A DNA stretch of 64,000 bases from positions 234,615-298,614 of the forward strand of contig JACKGU010000002.1 of assembly GCA_020631855.1 (NCBI GenBank). The letters run 5' to 3'. The DNA comes from Candidatus Nomurabacteria bacterium. Lineage in GTDB: Bacteria > Patescibacteriota > WWE3 > UBA101185 > UBA10185. This document shows, in pieces, positions 16,845-27,050 of the stretch (within the stretch, counting starts at the first letter, position 1; each line of letters opens with the position of its first letter). The position numbers and the translations under genes were made by a program. Below the pieces are notes generated by a model that did no database searches, was not told the DNA's origin, and saw nothing but the letters and a program-made list of their open reading frames with translations.

Positions 16845-17987
16845 CTAGTTCTCTCGAAGAAATGCCGGTATGTCGTAGAGCTCGCTGTCGTCATCAATAT
16901 TCTGGTTTTGCTTTTTTTCTTTATCTGTGGAAACTTCTTCGTTCTTATTTGTTTTTGGCCTTAGCTCCTGCAATCCTTCTGGATCTTTACGCTTAAGTGC
17001 ATCAAGGTTCATTCTGCTACGAATAAGCTCATCTTCCTGCTCAAAGCCGGTTGCAATAACAGTGATTTTTACTTGATCATTAAGAGATGGGTCAACTCTG
17101 TATCCAAAAATAATATTAGCATCTGGACTTGCGGACGTATTAATAACCCTAGCGGCATCGTCAACTTCCCGCATTCCCAGATCTGAACCTCCCACAACGT
17201 TGAAAAGTATACCCTTAGCACCATCGATGTTGTTCTCCAATAAAGGAGAGGATATTGCCGCCCTCGCGGCTAAGACCGCGCGCCCCTCTCCTGTTCCAAC
17301 GCCAATGCCCATTAGCGCAGAACCGGCGTTCTTCATAACTGTTTTAACATCCGCAAAATCTACATTTATTGTTCCGGGCATCATGATCAAATCAGAAATT
17401 CCTTGAACTCCCTGACTGAGCACACTGTCGGAAACCCTAAAAGCATCAATTACCGACATGCCCTCGTCTGCTATTTCTAATAATTTTTGATTCGGAATAA
17501 TTATTAAAGCATCTACCTCTCTCTTTAATTGAACCAGGCCGTTCTCGGCATTCTCTCTCCTCTGAGACCCTTCAAAATTAAAAGGTTTTGTTACAACCGC
17601 AACAGTTAATGCGCCCAGCTCCCTTGCAATAGATGCAACAACAGGTGCTGCTCCGGTACCTGTCCCTCCGCCCATACCTGCAGTAATAAAAACCATGTCA
17701 GAATTTTCAAGATTACTTTGAATTAGATCTCTAGATTCTTCTGCTGCTTTTCTTCCTATCTCAGGGTTTGCTCCTGAACCTAAACCGTTTGTAATTTCTT
17801 GTCCAATCGGAAGTTTCACAAAGGCTTTATTTTTCGATAAATCTTGAGCATCTGTATTAACGGCCACATACTCTACGCCGACTATTTGCTGAGACTCAAT
17901 TAAGGTGTTTAGAACGTTTCCTCCCGCACCTCCAACTCCAACAACTTTTATTTTCGCAAATCTCTCTATTTCAGGTTTAATCAACAT
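16845..17987 (-). CDS. ftsZ: Cell division GTPase FtsZ
   Basis: Contains the tubulin signature [16 protein letters not shown]; the N-terminus is [12 protein letters not shown]. Confidence 0.9.
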   Translation of the reverse strand: MLIKPEIERFAKIKVVGVGGAGGNVLNTLIESQQIVGVEYVAVNTDAQDLSKNKAFVKLPIGQEITNGLGSGANPEIGRKAAEESRDLIQSNLENSDMVFITAGMGGGTGTGAAPVVASIARELGALTVAVVTKPFNFEGSQRRENAENGLVQLKREVDALIIIPNQKLLEIADEGMSVIDAFRVSDSVLSQGVQGISDLIMMPGTINVDFADVKTVMKNAGSALMGIGVGTGEGRAVLAARAAISSPLLENNIDGAKGILFNVVGGSDLGMREVDDAARVINTSASPDANIIFGYRVDPSLNDQVKITVIATGFEQEDELIRSRMNLDALKRKDPEGLQELRPKTNKNEEVSTDKEKKQNQNIDDDSELYDIPAFLREN

Positions 17988-18092
17988 AGTTTTTTATTCT
18001 ATCAAATTTTATATTGTCATTACATTATACTGGAAACGCACATTTTATCTCGTGCAAGTTTTCACAAAATACAACGTAATGACATACTATTT

Positions 18093-19346
18093 TTAGGGCA
18101 GAAAGGATTTTAGCTTCTCAATGAATCCTTTAGCAGGAGCAGCGAAGCCCCCTCTTGAGGGTTCGGGTGAAAAGCCATCTTTATTGTTTAGCATTGAAAG
18201 TCCGTACAGAACTGACCCTACCGAAGCAGAAAACGCAGGGCCCTGTATCTCTTCGATAAGACCGGTCAATCCTCGAGGCACTCCAATTCTTACAGGCATG
18301 CGTAATGCTTTTTTTGCTGTTTTTTCTATGTTTGCGGTTAATGCTCCGCCTCCGGTAAGCACAGCTCCTGCCGGCAATCTTGCGGTCAGGCCGGCTTTTT
18401 CTATCTCGAGTGCAATCAATTTAAAAATTTCGTTTAATCTCGCGTCAATAACCTCATATAAAAACTTTTTAGGTATTGAATGCTCGTCAAGGCCAAATTC
18501 TGAAACGTCCAAATAGTCGGATTCTTCCGATGAACTGATCGACATCTGAGAGTTATCCGGACCACTAAGTTTTAGTTTAATTTTTTCTGCCTCTTCCAGT
18601 CGGGTTCTAAGGCCTATGGCTAAATCATGGGTTATGTGTTTTGCGCCTATTGGAAGTACAGAAGAGAAAATCGGACTTCCGTCATTAAATGCTATGACTG
18701 AGGTTGTGCCTCCTCCAATATCTATTAACAAAGTTCCCAATTCTCTTTCAGTGTCAGTGAGCGTGGCCTCCGATGCGGCTAGTGCCGTAAATACAAGAGC
18801 CGTAACATCTATACTAACCTGCTGAACACATTTGGTGAGATTTTTTATAGCCGATGCCAAACCATAAATGATATGAGTTTCTACCTCAAGCCGTACCCCC
18901 GACATTCTTTCGGGGTTTTTTACGCCTTCCTGAGAGTCAACTTTGAAATCTCTAGGAATAACATGGATTATCTCCTCAGACGAAGGGAGCGTTACTGCTC
19001 TGGCCGCATCGGTTACTCGTGCGATATCGTATTCATTAATCTCAGAGTTTGGATTTGAAATAGCAACCACCCCATGTGAATTCTGAGTTTTAATGTGACT
19101 TCCGTTTAGTGTTATAAAAGCAGAAGATATTGAAACACCCGCCATCCTCTCGGCACGTTCTATGCTTTTTGAAATTGACTCAACTGTGTCATCAATGTCC
19201 GAAACATTACCCTTAGTAATACCTTTTGAAGGCACGGATCCTGAAACCCCGATTACTGACAACCTGCCGTTATTGAGTGAGGCGATAATTGTACTCACTT
19301 TTGAGGATCCGATGTCTATTCCTGTAATAATTCTTTCTTTAGGCAT
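18093..19346 (-). CDS. ftsA: Cell division protein FtsA (actin-like ATPase)
   Basis: GIDIGSSKVSTIIA and DIGGGTTSV are the actin-fold phosphate motifs. It sits directly upstream of ftsZ. Confidence 0.85.
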   Translation of the reverse strand: MPKERIITGIDIGSSKVSTIIASLNNGRLSVIGVSGSVPSKGITKGNVSDIDDTVESISKSIERAERMAGVSISSAFITLNGSHIKTQNSHGVVAISNPNSEINEYDIARVTDAARAVTLPSSEEIIHVIPRDFKVDSQEGVKNPERMSGVRLEVETHIIYGLASAIKNLTKCVQQVSIDVTALVFTALAASEATLTDTERELGTLLIDIGGGTTSVIAFNDGSPIFSSVLPIGAKHITHDLAIGLRTRLEEAEKIKLKLSGPDNSQMSISSSEESDYLDVSEFGLDEHSIPKKFLYEVIDARLNEIFKLIALEIEKAGLTARLPAGAVLTGGGALTANIEKTAKKALRMPVRIGVPRGLTGLIEEIQGPAFSASVGSVLYGLSMLNNKDGFSPEPSRGGFAAPAKGFIEKLKSFLP

Positions 19347-19353
19347 ATGGTAA

Positions 19354-20169
19354 TTATTTTACTATTACTTTATCATATCTCAAATCAATTTTGTTAAACG
19401 ACTCTCCCCCTAACGACAACTGACGAATTAATGCCGTGAGTATGCCCACAGAGGTTCTAATGTTTTTTTCAATAGAAACAAGGACTTCTACATTGTTCTC
19501 CGAATAAAAACGAACGTAATCGTTTGTTATGCTTAAACTTGTGGCTTTAACTTTTTTCTCCTCGAGAGCCTTTAGCAATTCAAGGTATACGGGAACTACT
19601 TTTGCATCAAGGGTATATCCTACTTGTAGCTCTCCATTGTAAGAAATAATAGGAAGATCATAGGCTCTTCGATCGACCTGCCCAAGTAAATACCCTTCGT
19701 CATCAACAATAAAAAAATCTTCACTGCCGGGATTGCTAATAATGGCTATGGGCTTTCTCTCGACTACCTCGATCTTTAATTTATCGGGATATTCTTTAGT
19801 TATTGTAAATTTTCTGCCACCTTTAAATATTTCTAAGAGACGAGACTCGATGCCTGAAACATCGACTCTAAAAATAAGTTGATCGAAGGAATTGGCACGA
19901 ACCAACTGCTCAACATCGTCTTTATTTACATAGTTCCCTGCCCCTACAACAATATAGGACGAAACATTGAAAAACTTTTCATCCAGAATACTTTTCTTTA
20001 CACCAACAGCAAAAGCACAAATTACAGTAAGAGATACTAAAACTGCAGTAAACCTCCTGAAAAGCATAAATGCTTTTCTCTTCGCGTATATAAAAGAGTT
20101 GTTTCGACGCTGCGCAGCGCTGCTTTCTCTTTTTTTTCGCATTTTTTTTGGCAGATAAATATCAGACAT
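19354..20169 (-). CDS. ftsQ: Cell division protein FtsQ/DivIB (POTRA)
   Basis: Basic N-terminus, one TM segment, then POTRA-like VSSYIVVGAGNYVNKDDV. Its position between murG and ftsA matches the dcw order. Confidence 0.7.
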   Translation of the reverse strand: MSDIYLPKKMRKKRESSAAQRRNNSFIYAKRKAFMLFRRFTAVLVSLTVICAFAVGVKKSILDEKFFNVSSYIVVGAGNYVNKDDVEQLVRANSFDQLIFRVDVSGIESRLLEIFKGGRKFTITKEYPDKLKIEVVERKPIAIISNPGSEDFFIVDDEGYLLGQVDRRAYDLPIISYNGELQVGYTLDAKVVPVYLELLKALEEKKVKATSLSITNDYVRFYSENNVEVLVSIEKNIRTSVGILTALIRQLSLGGESFNKIDLRYDKVIVK

Positions 20170-21298
20170 TTTTAACGTCTTTTCGTTTTTGTGCCTTAGC
20201 GACCTCTAAAATAACCCCGGCAATATCAATGGCCGCATTAGAGCTTAATTTTATGTGAAGGTCGCTCTCGTCGTTATATTTATATGATTTTATATTTTCG
20301 GAGAATTTTTTTATCTCTTGTAGTAAAACCGGAGGGCTGATATTACGCTCATCAAGAATTACTCCAAGACCGAATTTTTGAACATATCGAGCATTTTCAT
20401 ACTGCTCGTTATGCGAGACCCACGGAATGGGAATAAGTATTGCAGGCTTACGAAGAGCTAAAAGCTCCGCAACAGTATGTGCGCCTGCTCTACATAGAAC
20501 AAAATCAGCACGGGAGTAGGCCTCGCCAATCTCGTCGACAAACACAAACTTTCGTAAGAAATACTTCCCCCTAACCTTATCTTTTACATTGTTATAGGTA
20601 TTTAGGAGCTTGTCGTAGTCATTAAACTGAGAGTGATCACCGCACTGATGAATTATATTTACTTCATCAAGAAGATGCTCAAGAATAGAGTTAATTAGTA
20701 GATTAATTTTATTAGAACCGCTTTTACCGGCCGTGATATACATAACAGGCAGAGAGGGCTCACAAATAAACGAAGCTGAGCTGGCTTCAAAAATTTCTGA
20801 TCTAATGGGTATACCTACAACCTGTACTTTCTTTTTGTTAAAAAATTTAATCGAATCCGGCCAAGATAGTAAAACTCTTTTTGCAAAAAAAGAGGAGAAT
20901 TTGTTTGCGTAACCCACTACAACCGTCTGCTCGTGTAAAACAGATGGGATTCTCAAAAACCATCCGACAGTTACAACCGGAACAGATAGATACCCGCCAA
21001 ATGTCAAAATTGCATCCGGCCGTTCTTTTATTAGAAGTAGCAGCGCATGAACAAAACCAAGAGGAATCATTAATAAAGAGATAGGGTTATAAGTTCGGTA
21101 AAACTTTCCCGCCCGAAGCGAGTAAAACTTCAATCCCAATGCAGTTATTTCTTTATGCTCCAGAGACTCCCTCTTATTAGAGCGTGTTGAGTTCCTGTGT
21201 CCAAACCAAACCAATTCAAGAGATGAGTCCGATTTTTGCAGCTCCTTAATTACCGGTATTGCCGAAGAGTGGTGCCCGCCGATCAAAACAATTTTCAT
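20162..21298 (-). CDS. murG: UDP-GlcNAc:lipid I N-acetylglucosaminyltransferase (GT28)
   Basis: The N-terminus is KIVLIGGHHSSAIPV (a variant G-loop). The C-terminal region LCRAGAHTVAELLALRKPAILIPIP...QYENARYV matches the MurG C-domain. The position in the dcw cluster supports the call. Confidence 0.75.
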   Translation of the reverse strand: MKIVLIGGHHSSAIPVIKELQKSDSSLELVWFGHRNSTRSNKRESLEHKEITALGLKFYSLRAGKFYRTYNPISLLMIPLGFVHALLLLIKERPDAILTFGGYLSVPVVTVGWFLRIPSVLHEQTVVVGYANKFSSFFAKRVLLSWPDSIKFFNKKKVQVVGIPIRSEIFEASSASFICEPSLPVMYITAGKSGSNKINLLINSILEHLLDEVNIIHQCGDHSQFNDYDKLLNTYNNVKDKVRGKYFLRKFVFVDEIGEAYSRADFVLCRAGAHTVAELLALRKPAILIPIPWVSHNEQYENARYVQKFGLGVILDERNISPPVLLQEIKKFSENIKSYKYNDESDLHIKLSSNAAIDIAGVILEVAKAQKRKDVKNV

Positions 21299-21316
21299 AT
21301 GGTTGATTTTATCATT

Positions 21317-22519
21317 TTAGGACTTCATTCGTGAAATATTGCTAAGTACTCCTATGCCCATGAGCATAAAAACAAGCGACGACCCTCCATAAGAGATTAA
21401 CGGGAGCGGCATACCGGTTAGAGGTATTAATTGGGTCATCGCGCTAATATTAACGAAAAACTGTATTGCAATCCAAGACGTTATGCCTACAGCTAAAAGT
21501 CTGGCATACATATCTTTGGATTTTAAAGCAACAGAGTATCCTTTATAGATCAGCAGACCAAAAACAAAAACTAAAGATACTGTACCAACAAACCCTAACT
21601 CCTCGCCAATGATTGCAAAAATTGAGTCTGCAAAAACCTCAGGCAAGTAATTAAATTTTTGCCTTGATTGTCCGAACCCTACACCAAAAATTCCTCCTGA
21701 ACCTAGAGCGATTAAAATTTGCTTAACGTGATATCCAACCACATTCGCATCGGCATTTCCACTAAAAGCGGCAGTAAAGCGCTCAATTCTAGCCCTGCTA
21801 TGAGGAGAAGCCAGCATGGCCAACAGGCCTAATAATGTAAACGGGGGAAGGGCCAACAGAAAAGGCTTAATGCTAAAACCGGAGGCAAAATACATGGATA
21901 AACCGATAGCAAAAATTAGAGCGGCCGTCGACATGTTGGGCTGCAGCACAATAAGAAGAGATACGCTCCCTAGGAAAATAAAAAATTTTATTGTTTCGTC
22001 TTTGATCGAAGTTTTCATGTCGCTTAAGAAGGATGCAAAAAATAAAACCGCACTGAACTTCGCCAGCTCGCTGGGCTGAAAACCTAAAACGCCCAGAACG
22101 GGTAAGGGAGGCAATGGATGAGGATTGAAATAGAGCCATCTATTAGCACCATTAACACAAGGGGTAAATATAAAATTCAAAGAACAAGGCAAAACGCCAA
22201 AAATTGCTAACAAAGCCAGCAAAGAGGCAGTTACGTAAAAGAGCGGACGAGCAACGCGTTTTATGTACGAAAGCTCTAAATTATAAAAAATAATAAAGCC
22301 TACTGCCCCGACTGCTAACCACGATAACTGAAGAAGAACAAACTTATAGGGAGTTTTATATATTTGTTGAGATAAAATTCCGGTTGAGTCGTAGATCGCT
22401 ATAATACCGAATGATAACAAGAAAACGATACAAAAGGATAAAATCTTATCAGGAAACCTCTTAGGATTTCTGACCTTAAGTCTATATTTCGATTTATAAT
22501 TTACGGGCAATGTACTCAT
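21317..22519 (-). CDS. ftsW: SEDS-family peptidoglycan glycosyltransferase FtsW
   Basis: About 10 TM helices; GFQPSELAKFSAVLFFASFL is a SEDS motif. It sits in the dcw cluster. Confidence 0.8.
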   Translation of the reverse strand: MSTLPVNYKSKYRLKVRNPKRFPDKILSFCIVFLLSFGIIAIYDSTGILSQQIYKTPYKFVLLQLSWLAVGAVGFIIFYNLELSYIKRVARPLFYVTASLLALLAIFGVLPCSLNFIFTPCVNGANRWLYFNPHPLPPLPVLGVLGFQPSELAKFSAVLFFASFLSDMKTSIKDETIKFFIFLGSVSLLIVLQPNMSTAALIFAIGLSMYFASGFSIKPFLLALPPFTLLGLLAMLASPHSRARIERFTAAFSGNADANVVGYHVKQILIALGSGGIFGVGFGQSRQKFNYLPEVFADSIFAIIGEELGFVGTVSLVFVFGLLIYKGYSVALKSKDMYARLLAVGITSWIAIQFFVNISAMTQLIPLTGMPLPLISYGGSSLVFMLMGIGVLSNISRMKS

Positions 22520-22575
22520 AATGAGGGTATCCGATTACTGTCATTTTATGAACTCATATAAACATTGCGAAGCAA

Positions 22576-23676
22576 TTACAGAAGTGCAATGAGTATGCCG
22601 ACAAATGTCAACATAACAGATACTATCCAGAACCTTAATACTACCTTTGTTTCAGGCCAGCCTAGAAGCTCAAAGTGGTGATGCATAGGAGCCATTCTGA
22701 AAATCCTTTTTCCTGTTAGCTTGTTTGAAAACTGCTGAAGAGGACTTGATATTCCATCCATTAAATAAACGCCTAAAATAAAAAACAGCGCTACTTCCCT
22801 GTGAAGTACAACGGCGAATACGGCAAGTACGGACCCCAGAACATGCGATCCTACATTTCCCATGAAAATTCTTGCGGGGTAGACATTGAAATACAAAAAG
22901 GGCAACATTGCTCCAATAAAAGTGGCGGCTAAGGTTCCCAAAGAATTGTAGCCGAGACGAGAAGCTAAAACCCAAAAAGCTGCGAAAGCAATTATACCTA
23001 GGCCTCCTGCTAAGCCATCCAAGCCGTCTGTAAAAGCAACAAAATTCAAAACCGCAATAAATAAAAAGAAAATAAAAATAGGATACAGAATACCTATGTG
23101 TACGTCGCCAATCAACGGAAACCAAATATAGTCCCAACCTAATTTTACGTAGGCCCAATAGGCTACAAAACCACCAATAAATCCCTGAATTAGAAGTTTT
23201 TGATATGTCTGTAAACCAATGTTTGCAGTGCTCCCAATAATTCTTGTGAACTCAAAAAAGAACCTCCAAACCTTAATAAAAGGTTTAAAGACTGTTTTTT
23301 TTGCAATATTTGAGGCCAGATCGCCTTTTTTATAATTAAACGCACCATCAATCATAAGAAGCTGCCTCAAGCCCGAAGTCCTGTAAAGTTTTGATAAATC
23401 CTCTACAATACCAAAAAGTCCTGCCATGGCAGCCACTAATAGAGGAAAAAGGGTTTGAGTACGAGATTTATTGAATATAAAAGTAACTAAAGAAACAGTA
23501 ACAAGAAAAACCAAACCTCCCATTGTGGGAGTGCCTTTTTTCTTTAAATGAGATTGTGGTCCATCTTCTCGAACATCCTCTCCCATTTGATACTTGTATA
23601 CAAAACTTATCCAAACCGGATAAAGAGCAAAAGATATCATCATTGCGAAAATCAAGTATAAAATCTGATTAAGCAT
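22576..23676 (-). CDS. mraY: Phospho-N-acetylmuramoyl-pentapeptide transferase
   Basis: The motifs PTMGGLVFL and APMHHHFELLGW (the HHH motif) are diagnostic for MraY. Confidence 0.85.
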   Translation of the reverse strand: MLNQILYLIFAMMISFALYPVWISFVYKYQMGEDVREDGPQSHLKKKGTPTMGGLVFLVTVSLVTFIFNKSRTQTLFPLLVAAMAGLFGIVEDLSKLYRTSGLRQLLMIDGAFNYKKGDLASNIAKKTVFKPFIKVWRFFFEFTRIIGSTANIGLQTYQKLLIQGFIGGFVAYWAYVKLGWDYIWFPLIGDVHIGILYPIFIFFLFIAVLNFVAFTDGLDGLAGGLGIIAFAAFWVLASRLGYNSLGTLAATFIGAMLPFLYFNVYPARIFMGNVGSHVLGSVLAVFAVVLHREVALFFILGVYLMDGISSPLQQFSNKLTGKRIFRMAPMHHHFELLGWPETKVVLRFWIVSVMLTFVGILIALL

Positions 23677-23696
23677 ATTAAGAGTATAGCACTAAT

Positions 23697-25022
23697 TTAT
23701 CTCTCTATAGAAGCGCCTAAAGACAAAAGCTTTTCAATAAAATCCTCAGTATATTGCTCAACCTTTTCAATGCCAATAACAGTACTTTTCCCCTCCGCGC
23801 ATAACGCGGCAGACACCAAAGCAAGTCCTGAGTTATAACCTTCTATATGCAATGATCTTCCTTTTAGTTTTGTCTTTCCTGTAACGTGGGCCACTGTAAA
23901 AGGCTCGCCCTCTACTTTTAAATTATAAGCATCGTTGCTGATAACACACTCCAAACCTACTTCTGAAGGTCTTTTGAGCTCGATATTTGCTCCCATACTA
24001 TTTAATTGCGTAACGTAGCCGAAGTTGTCAACATACACTGTGTCATGAAACACGCTTGTGCCCTCTACCTGCGTCATAAGTGCGCACATAGGGCTAATCC
24101 AATCAGTGAGGTAGGCCGGGGAAGGGGCCGAGGTAATATTTATCGGCTGAAGCTCTTCGCCAATTCGCCAAATCCTGATTTCATCATTTGCGAACTCAAA
24201 CGTGGCTCCAATTTTAGGTAGAGAACTCAAAAAAGATAAAAGGGGACCTCTTTCGGTACCCTTCAAAATAAGGTTTCCGTTTGTAATCAATGCGAGCAGC
24301 ATAAATAAAACGGCCTCATTCTTATCAAATATAATTCTGTGCTTGGCGCTACTGAAAGTGCTTGTGCCTGTGACTTTAATAACGTCCGGCTCTACTCTTT
24401 CAACTTTTGCACCTATGCTATTCACAAAATCTATTAAATTGTCTGTTTCCGGAGATTGGGATGCGTTCGAGATCGTTGATTCTCCGTTGATAAATGACGC
24501 AGTTAAAATAGCATTGTCGGTTCCGGAATTAGTTATACCCTTAAACTTTATATCGGCTGCCCTAACCTCGGAACTATCAAAAGTCACAATGCCATCTTTT
24601 TCTCTTATTTTTACACCAAAAGCGTCCCAAACATCGAACCACCTGTTTATAGGCCTAAAGCCGGCCTTGATGTTTAAAGGTAAAGGTACACAGGCTTTAC
24701 CGAACTTGTGCAACAGAGGACCCACCACCAACATTGTTGTACGTAATTGAGAACCGATTTCAAAGGGAACTTCAAAAGAGGTTAGGTTTGCGGCATTAAT
24801 AAGTAAAGAGTTTTTCCCTATCCACTCGTAGCTTGCACCTAAGGCTTTAATTAAGCTTAGATCACTTTTTACTGTATCAACATTTGGAACATTTTCTAAC
24901 ACCACATCTTCGGAAACAAATAAACTGGCATATATGATTTTAGATGCAGCAATATGAGAACCGGAAATCTTTATACTTCCTTTTAGAGGATTTCCGCCTT
25001 GGATGTCAACTGAGGGTTTCAT
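23697..25022 (-). CDS. murA: Enolpyruvyl transferase family; most likely UDP-GlcNAc 1-carboxyvinyltransferase (MurA)
   Basis: 441 aa; the N-terminus is VDIQGGNPLKGSIKISGSHIAASKIIYASLF, matching the EPT fold. Its position next to mraY favours MurA over AroA. The usual active-site Cys region is not canonical. Confidence 0.6.
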   Translation of the reverse strand: MKPSVDIQGGNPLKGSIKISGSHIAASKIIYASLFVSEDVVLENVPNVDTVKSDLSLIKALGASYEWIGKNSLLINAANLTSFEVPFEIGSQLRTTMLVVGPLLHKFGKACVPLPLNIKAGFRPINRWFDVWDAFGVKIREKDGIVTFDSSEVRAADIKFKGITNSGTDNAILTASFINGESTISNASQSPETDNLIDFVNSIGAKVERVEPDVIKVTGTSTFSSAKHRIIFDKNEAVLFMLLALITNGNLILKGTERGPLLSFLSSLPKIGATFEFANDEIRIWRIGEELQPINITSAPSPAYLTDWISPMCALMTQVEGTSVFHDTVYVDNFGYVTQLNSMGANIELKRPSEVGLECVISNDAYNLKVEGEPFTVAHVTGKTKLKGRSLHIEGYNSGLALVSAALCAEGKSTVIGIEKVEQYTEDFIEKLLSLGASIER

Positions 25023-25025
25023 GTT

Positions 25026-25244
25026 TTAACTTAAAATTACTATTGCTAGAGAGTTAACGACTAAAAAGAGTGCAGAAATTATAGTTAATATGAGTATAAG
25101 TCTCTCTAAGCCTCTTTTTGACCTGTAGGCACTTACTGCACCACTAATGCTGCTGGAAAGACCGCCTGTTTTTGTTTGTATAACTACAACAAATATTATA
25201 AAAACAGATAAAAATAATTGAAGTGCTTTTAATACATTTAACAT
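25026..25244 (-). CDS. secG: Preprotein translocase subunit SecG-like
   Basis: 72 aa with two TM helices and the SecG-like loop VIQTKTGGLSSSISGAVSAYRSKRGLERL. Confidence 0.5.
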   Translation of the reverse strand: MLNVLKALQLFLSVFIIFVVVIQTKTGGLSSSISGAVSAYRSKRGLERLILILTIISALFLVVNSLAIVILS

Positions 25245-25258
25245 ATTTTATAATAATA

Positions 25259-25672
25259 CTATCTTTCCTTGCCTAACCATAAAAATGTTTTGACCGTTAT
25301 TGTAAAAACCAGAGCAGTACACAACAAAGACTCTATTCCATTTAGGTGCTTAGATGGTAACACAAAGCCAAAAATAATCAACTCAGGCAAAAAAGAAGCA
25401 ACGATTCTGAAGTTAGGCAAAAATACAATAAAAACTTGAAAAACAGCTACATTAAGAATTAAAGACAAAAATATAGCAGAGAACCCTTTTTTTGGAAGCG
25501 GTAAAATAGCAAATACATGAGGCGCAAGCATGTTAGCAAAAGTTAGCACAAAAACAACAAAAAAAGACGTGATTACTCTATTACCTGATATAAATATTCC
25601 CCCTATAGTACTGCTCGCGACGTAATAACCAATGGAGCAATAAATAAAGAATGTAATAAATTTTTTTATCAT
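25259..25672 (-). CDS. Hypothetical polytopic membrane protein
   Basis: 137 aa, 4 predicted TM helices, no recognisable motif. Confidence 0.3.
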   Translation of the reverse strand: MIKKFITFFIYCSIGYYVASSTIGGIFISGNRVITSFFVVFVLTFANMLAPHVFAILPLPKKGFSAIFLSLILNVAVFQVFIVFLPNFRIVASFLPELIIFGFVLPSKHLNGIESLLCTALVFTITVKTFLWLGKER

Positions 25673-27027
25673 GATTTCAACTCTTTAAGGCGCAATTTAT
25701 GAAAATAGCTCTGCGCAAACCTATGAGCCTCATCTCTAAGTTGTTGAATTAATTTTAAACCCTCATCGTCCTTTTGCAAGGAAAGCTCGTTAAACTTACC
25801 GTCTTTAAAATAAACCAGTGTTTCAAATTTTTTTGCAATTCCAATAAGCGGAATATCGATGTTTAATTTTGTAAAAACTTCCAATACAGCCGAAACCTGA
25901 CCTTTTCCCCCATCCAAGACTATCAAATCCGGCATGCCCCACTTGGTCGAGCTAGCTTGTGTTGAAATCTCTCTTTTTAGCCTCCTGTAAAGAACTTCGG
26001 ACATCATGTAAAAATCGTCAGGCGTTGTTTTTGTTTGTATTTTAAATTTTCTATATTCGGATTTATCTATACGCCCATCAATAGCAACTACCATCGACCC
26101 CACAGCATTTTTCCCCGAAATATTAGAGATATCATAGCATTCAATACGTACAGGAGGACTGTTCAGTAGAGGAATGTTCAAAGCAATGCTTTTTAATGCC
26201 AACTGCCTTGAATCTTCAGCCAAAGTTGGGTTTTGTATGTAGTCGGTCGCCGAAGAAGGATTTTTTGAAACATACTCTAGGCGGGAAACAGTGTTTCTGT
26301 ATTCTATAGCTTCCTCAAATCTTTGTTCAGAAGAAGCTTTCTGCATTAGATTTTTGTACTCAATCAAAAGTCGGTTACTTTGCCCTGAGAGAATTTTTTT
26401 CATTGCAACAATGCTTTTTTGGTGCGCTACCAAACCCCCAGCATGTAAGCACGGCGCAGGACAAACACCGATATGCCCATATAGACAAGGTTTTTGCATT
26501 TTTGAATATTTATTAAATTTTGATATGGAGCAGTCTCTAAAAGGAAAGATCCTCCTTAATCTTCTAACAGTATTTCTAACTACCCTGGCTTCAGGAAATG
26601 GACCGAATACGGTGTCTTTTTTTTCTATTTCTTGTGCTCTAAGAACAAGAATTTTTGGAATATTGACAGGCCTCGAACGAGCTTGGACTGCAACACTCTC
26701 GTTCCTTATAACGATATACACGTATGACTTATCGTCCTTTAGCGCAATATTATATCTGGGTTTATATCTTTTTATTAACTCTGCCTCGAGAAGAAGAGCA
26801 TCGAGCTCGGTTCTTGTTTCAATATAATCGAGGTCATAAATGCTTGCTACAAGTCTTTGCGTTTTCGTGCCCAAAGTAACATCTTGCTGGAAATAGCTTT
26901 TTACTCTGGTCGGGAGATATTTTGCTTTTCCCACATATATTACTTTTGATTTATTATTTAAAAAAAGATACACCCCAGGACTCTTAGGCAACCTCTCGAG
27001 CTTTTCAGTTAAATTTGCTGTCTGCAC
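25669..27027 (-). CDS. uvrC: Excinuclease ABC subunit C, short form lacking the C-terminal (HhH)2 domain
   Basis: GIY-YIG N-terminus (GVYLFLNNKSKVIYVGKAKYLPTRVKSYF), Cys-rich segment CLYGHIGVCPAPC, endonuclease motif RIECYDISNISG, and the C-terminal RDEAHRFAQSY. At 452 aa it is about 150 aa shorter than E. coli UvrC (~610). Confidence 0.8.
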   Translation of the reverse strand: MQTANLTEKLERLPKSPGVYLFLNNKSKVIYVGKAKYLPTRVKSYFQQDVTLGTKTQRLVASIYDLDYIETRTELDALLLEAELIKRYKPRYNIALKDDKSYVYIVIRNESVAVQARSRPVNIPKILVLRAQEIEKKDTVFGPFPEARVVRNTVRRLRRIFPFRDCSISKFNKYSKMQKPCLYGHIGVCPAPCLHAGGLVAHQKSIVAMKKILSGQSNRLLIEYKNLMQKASSEQRFEEAIEYRNTVSRLEYVSKNPSSATDYIQNPTLAEDSRQLALKSIALNIPLLNSPPVRIECYDISNISGKNAVGSMVVAIDGRIDKSEYRKFKIQTKTTPDDFYMMSEVLYRRLKREISTQASSTKWGMPDLIVLDGGKGQVSAVLEVFTKLNIDIPLIGIAKKFETLVYFKDGKFNELSLQKDDEGLKLIQQLRDEAHRFAQSYFHKLRLKELKS

Positions 27028-27050
27028 CTATTTATTCTAACATTGAAGTA

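Noticed and set aside
20162-20169. Gene overlaps in the dcw cluster (ftsQ/murG 8 nt; GT4/GT4 14 nt; Wzx/O-antigen-ligase 59 nt) as possible frameshift sites.
   Set aside because: Short same-strand overlaps like these are ordinary translational coupling in compact genomes. The 59-nt overlap more likely reflects an over-extended N-terminus of the downstream gene.
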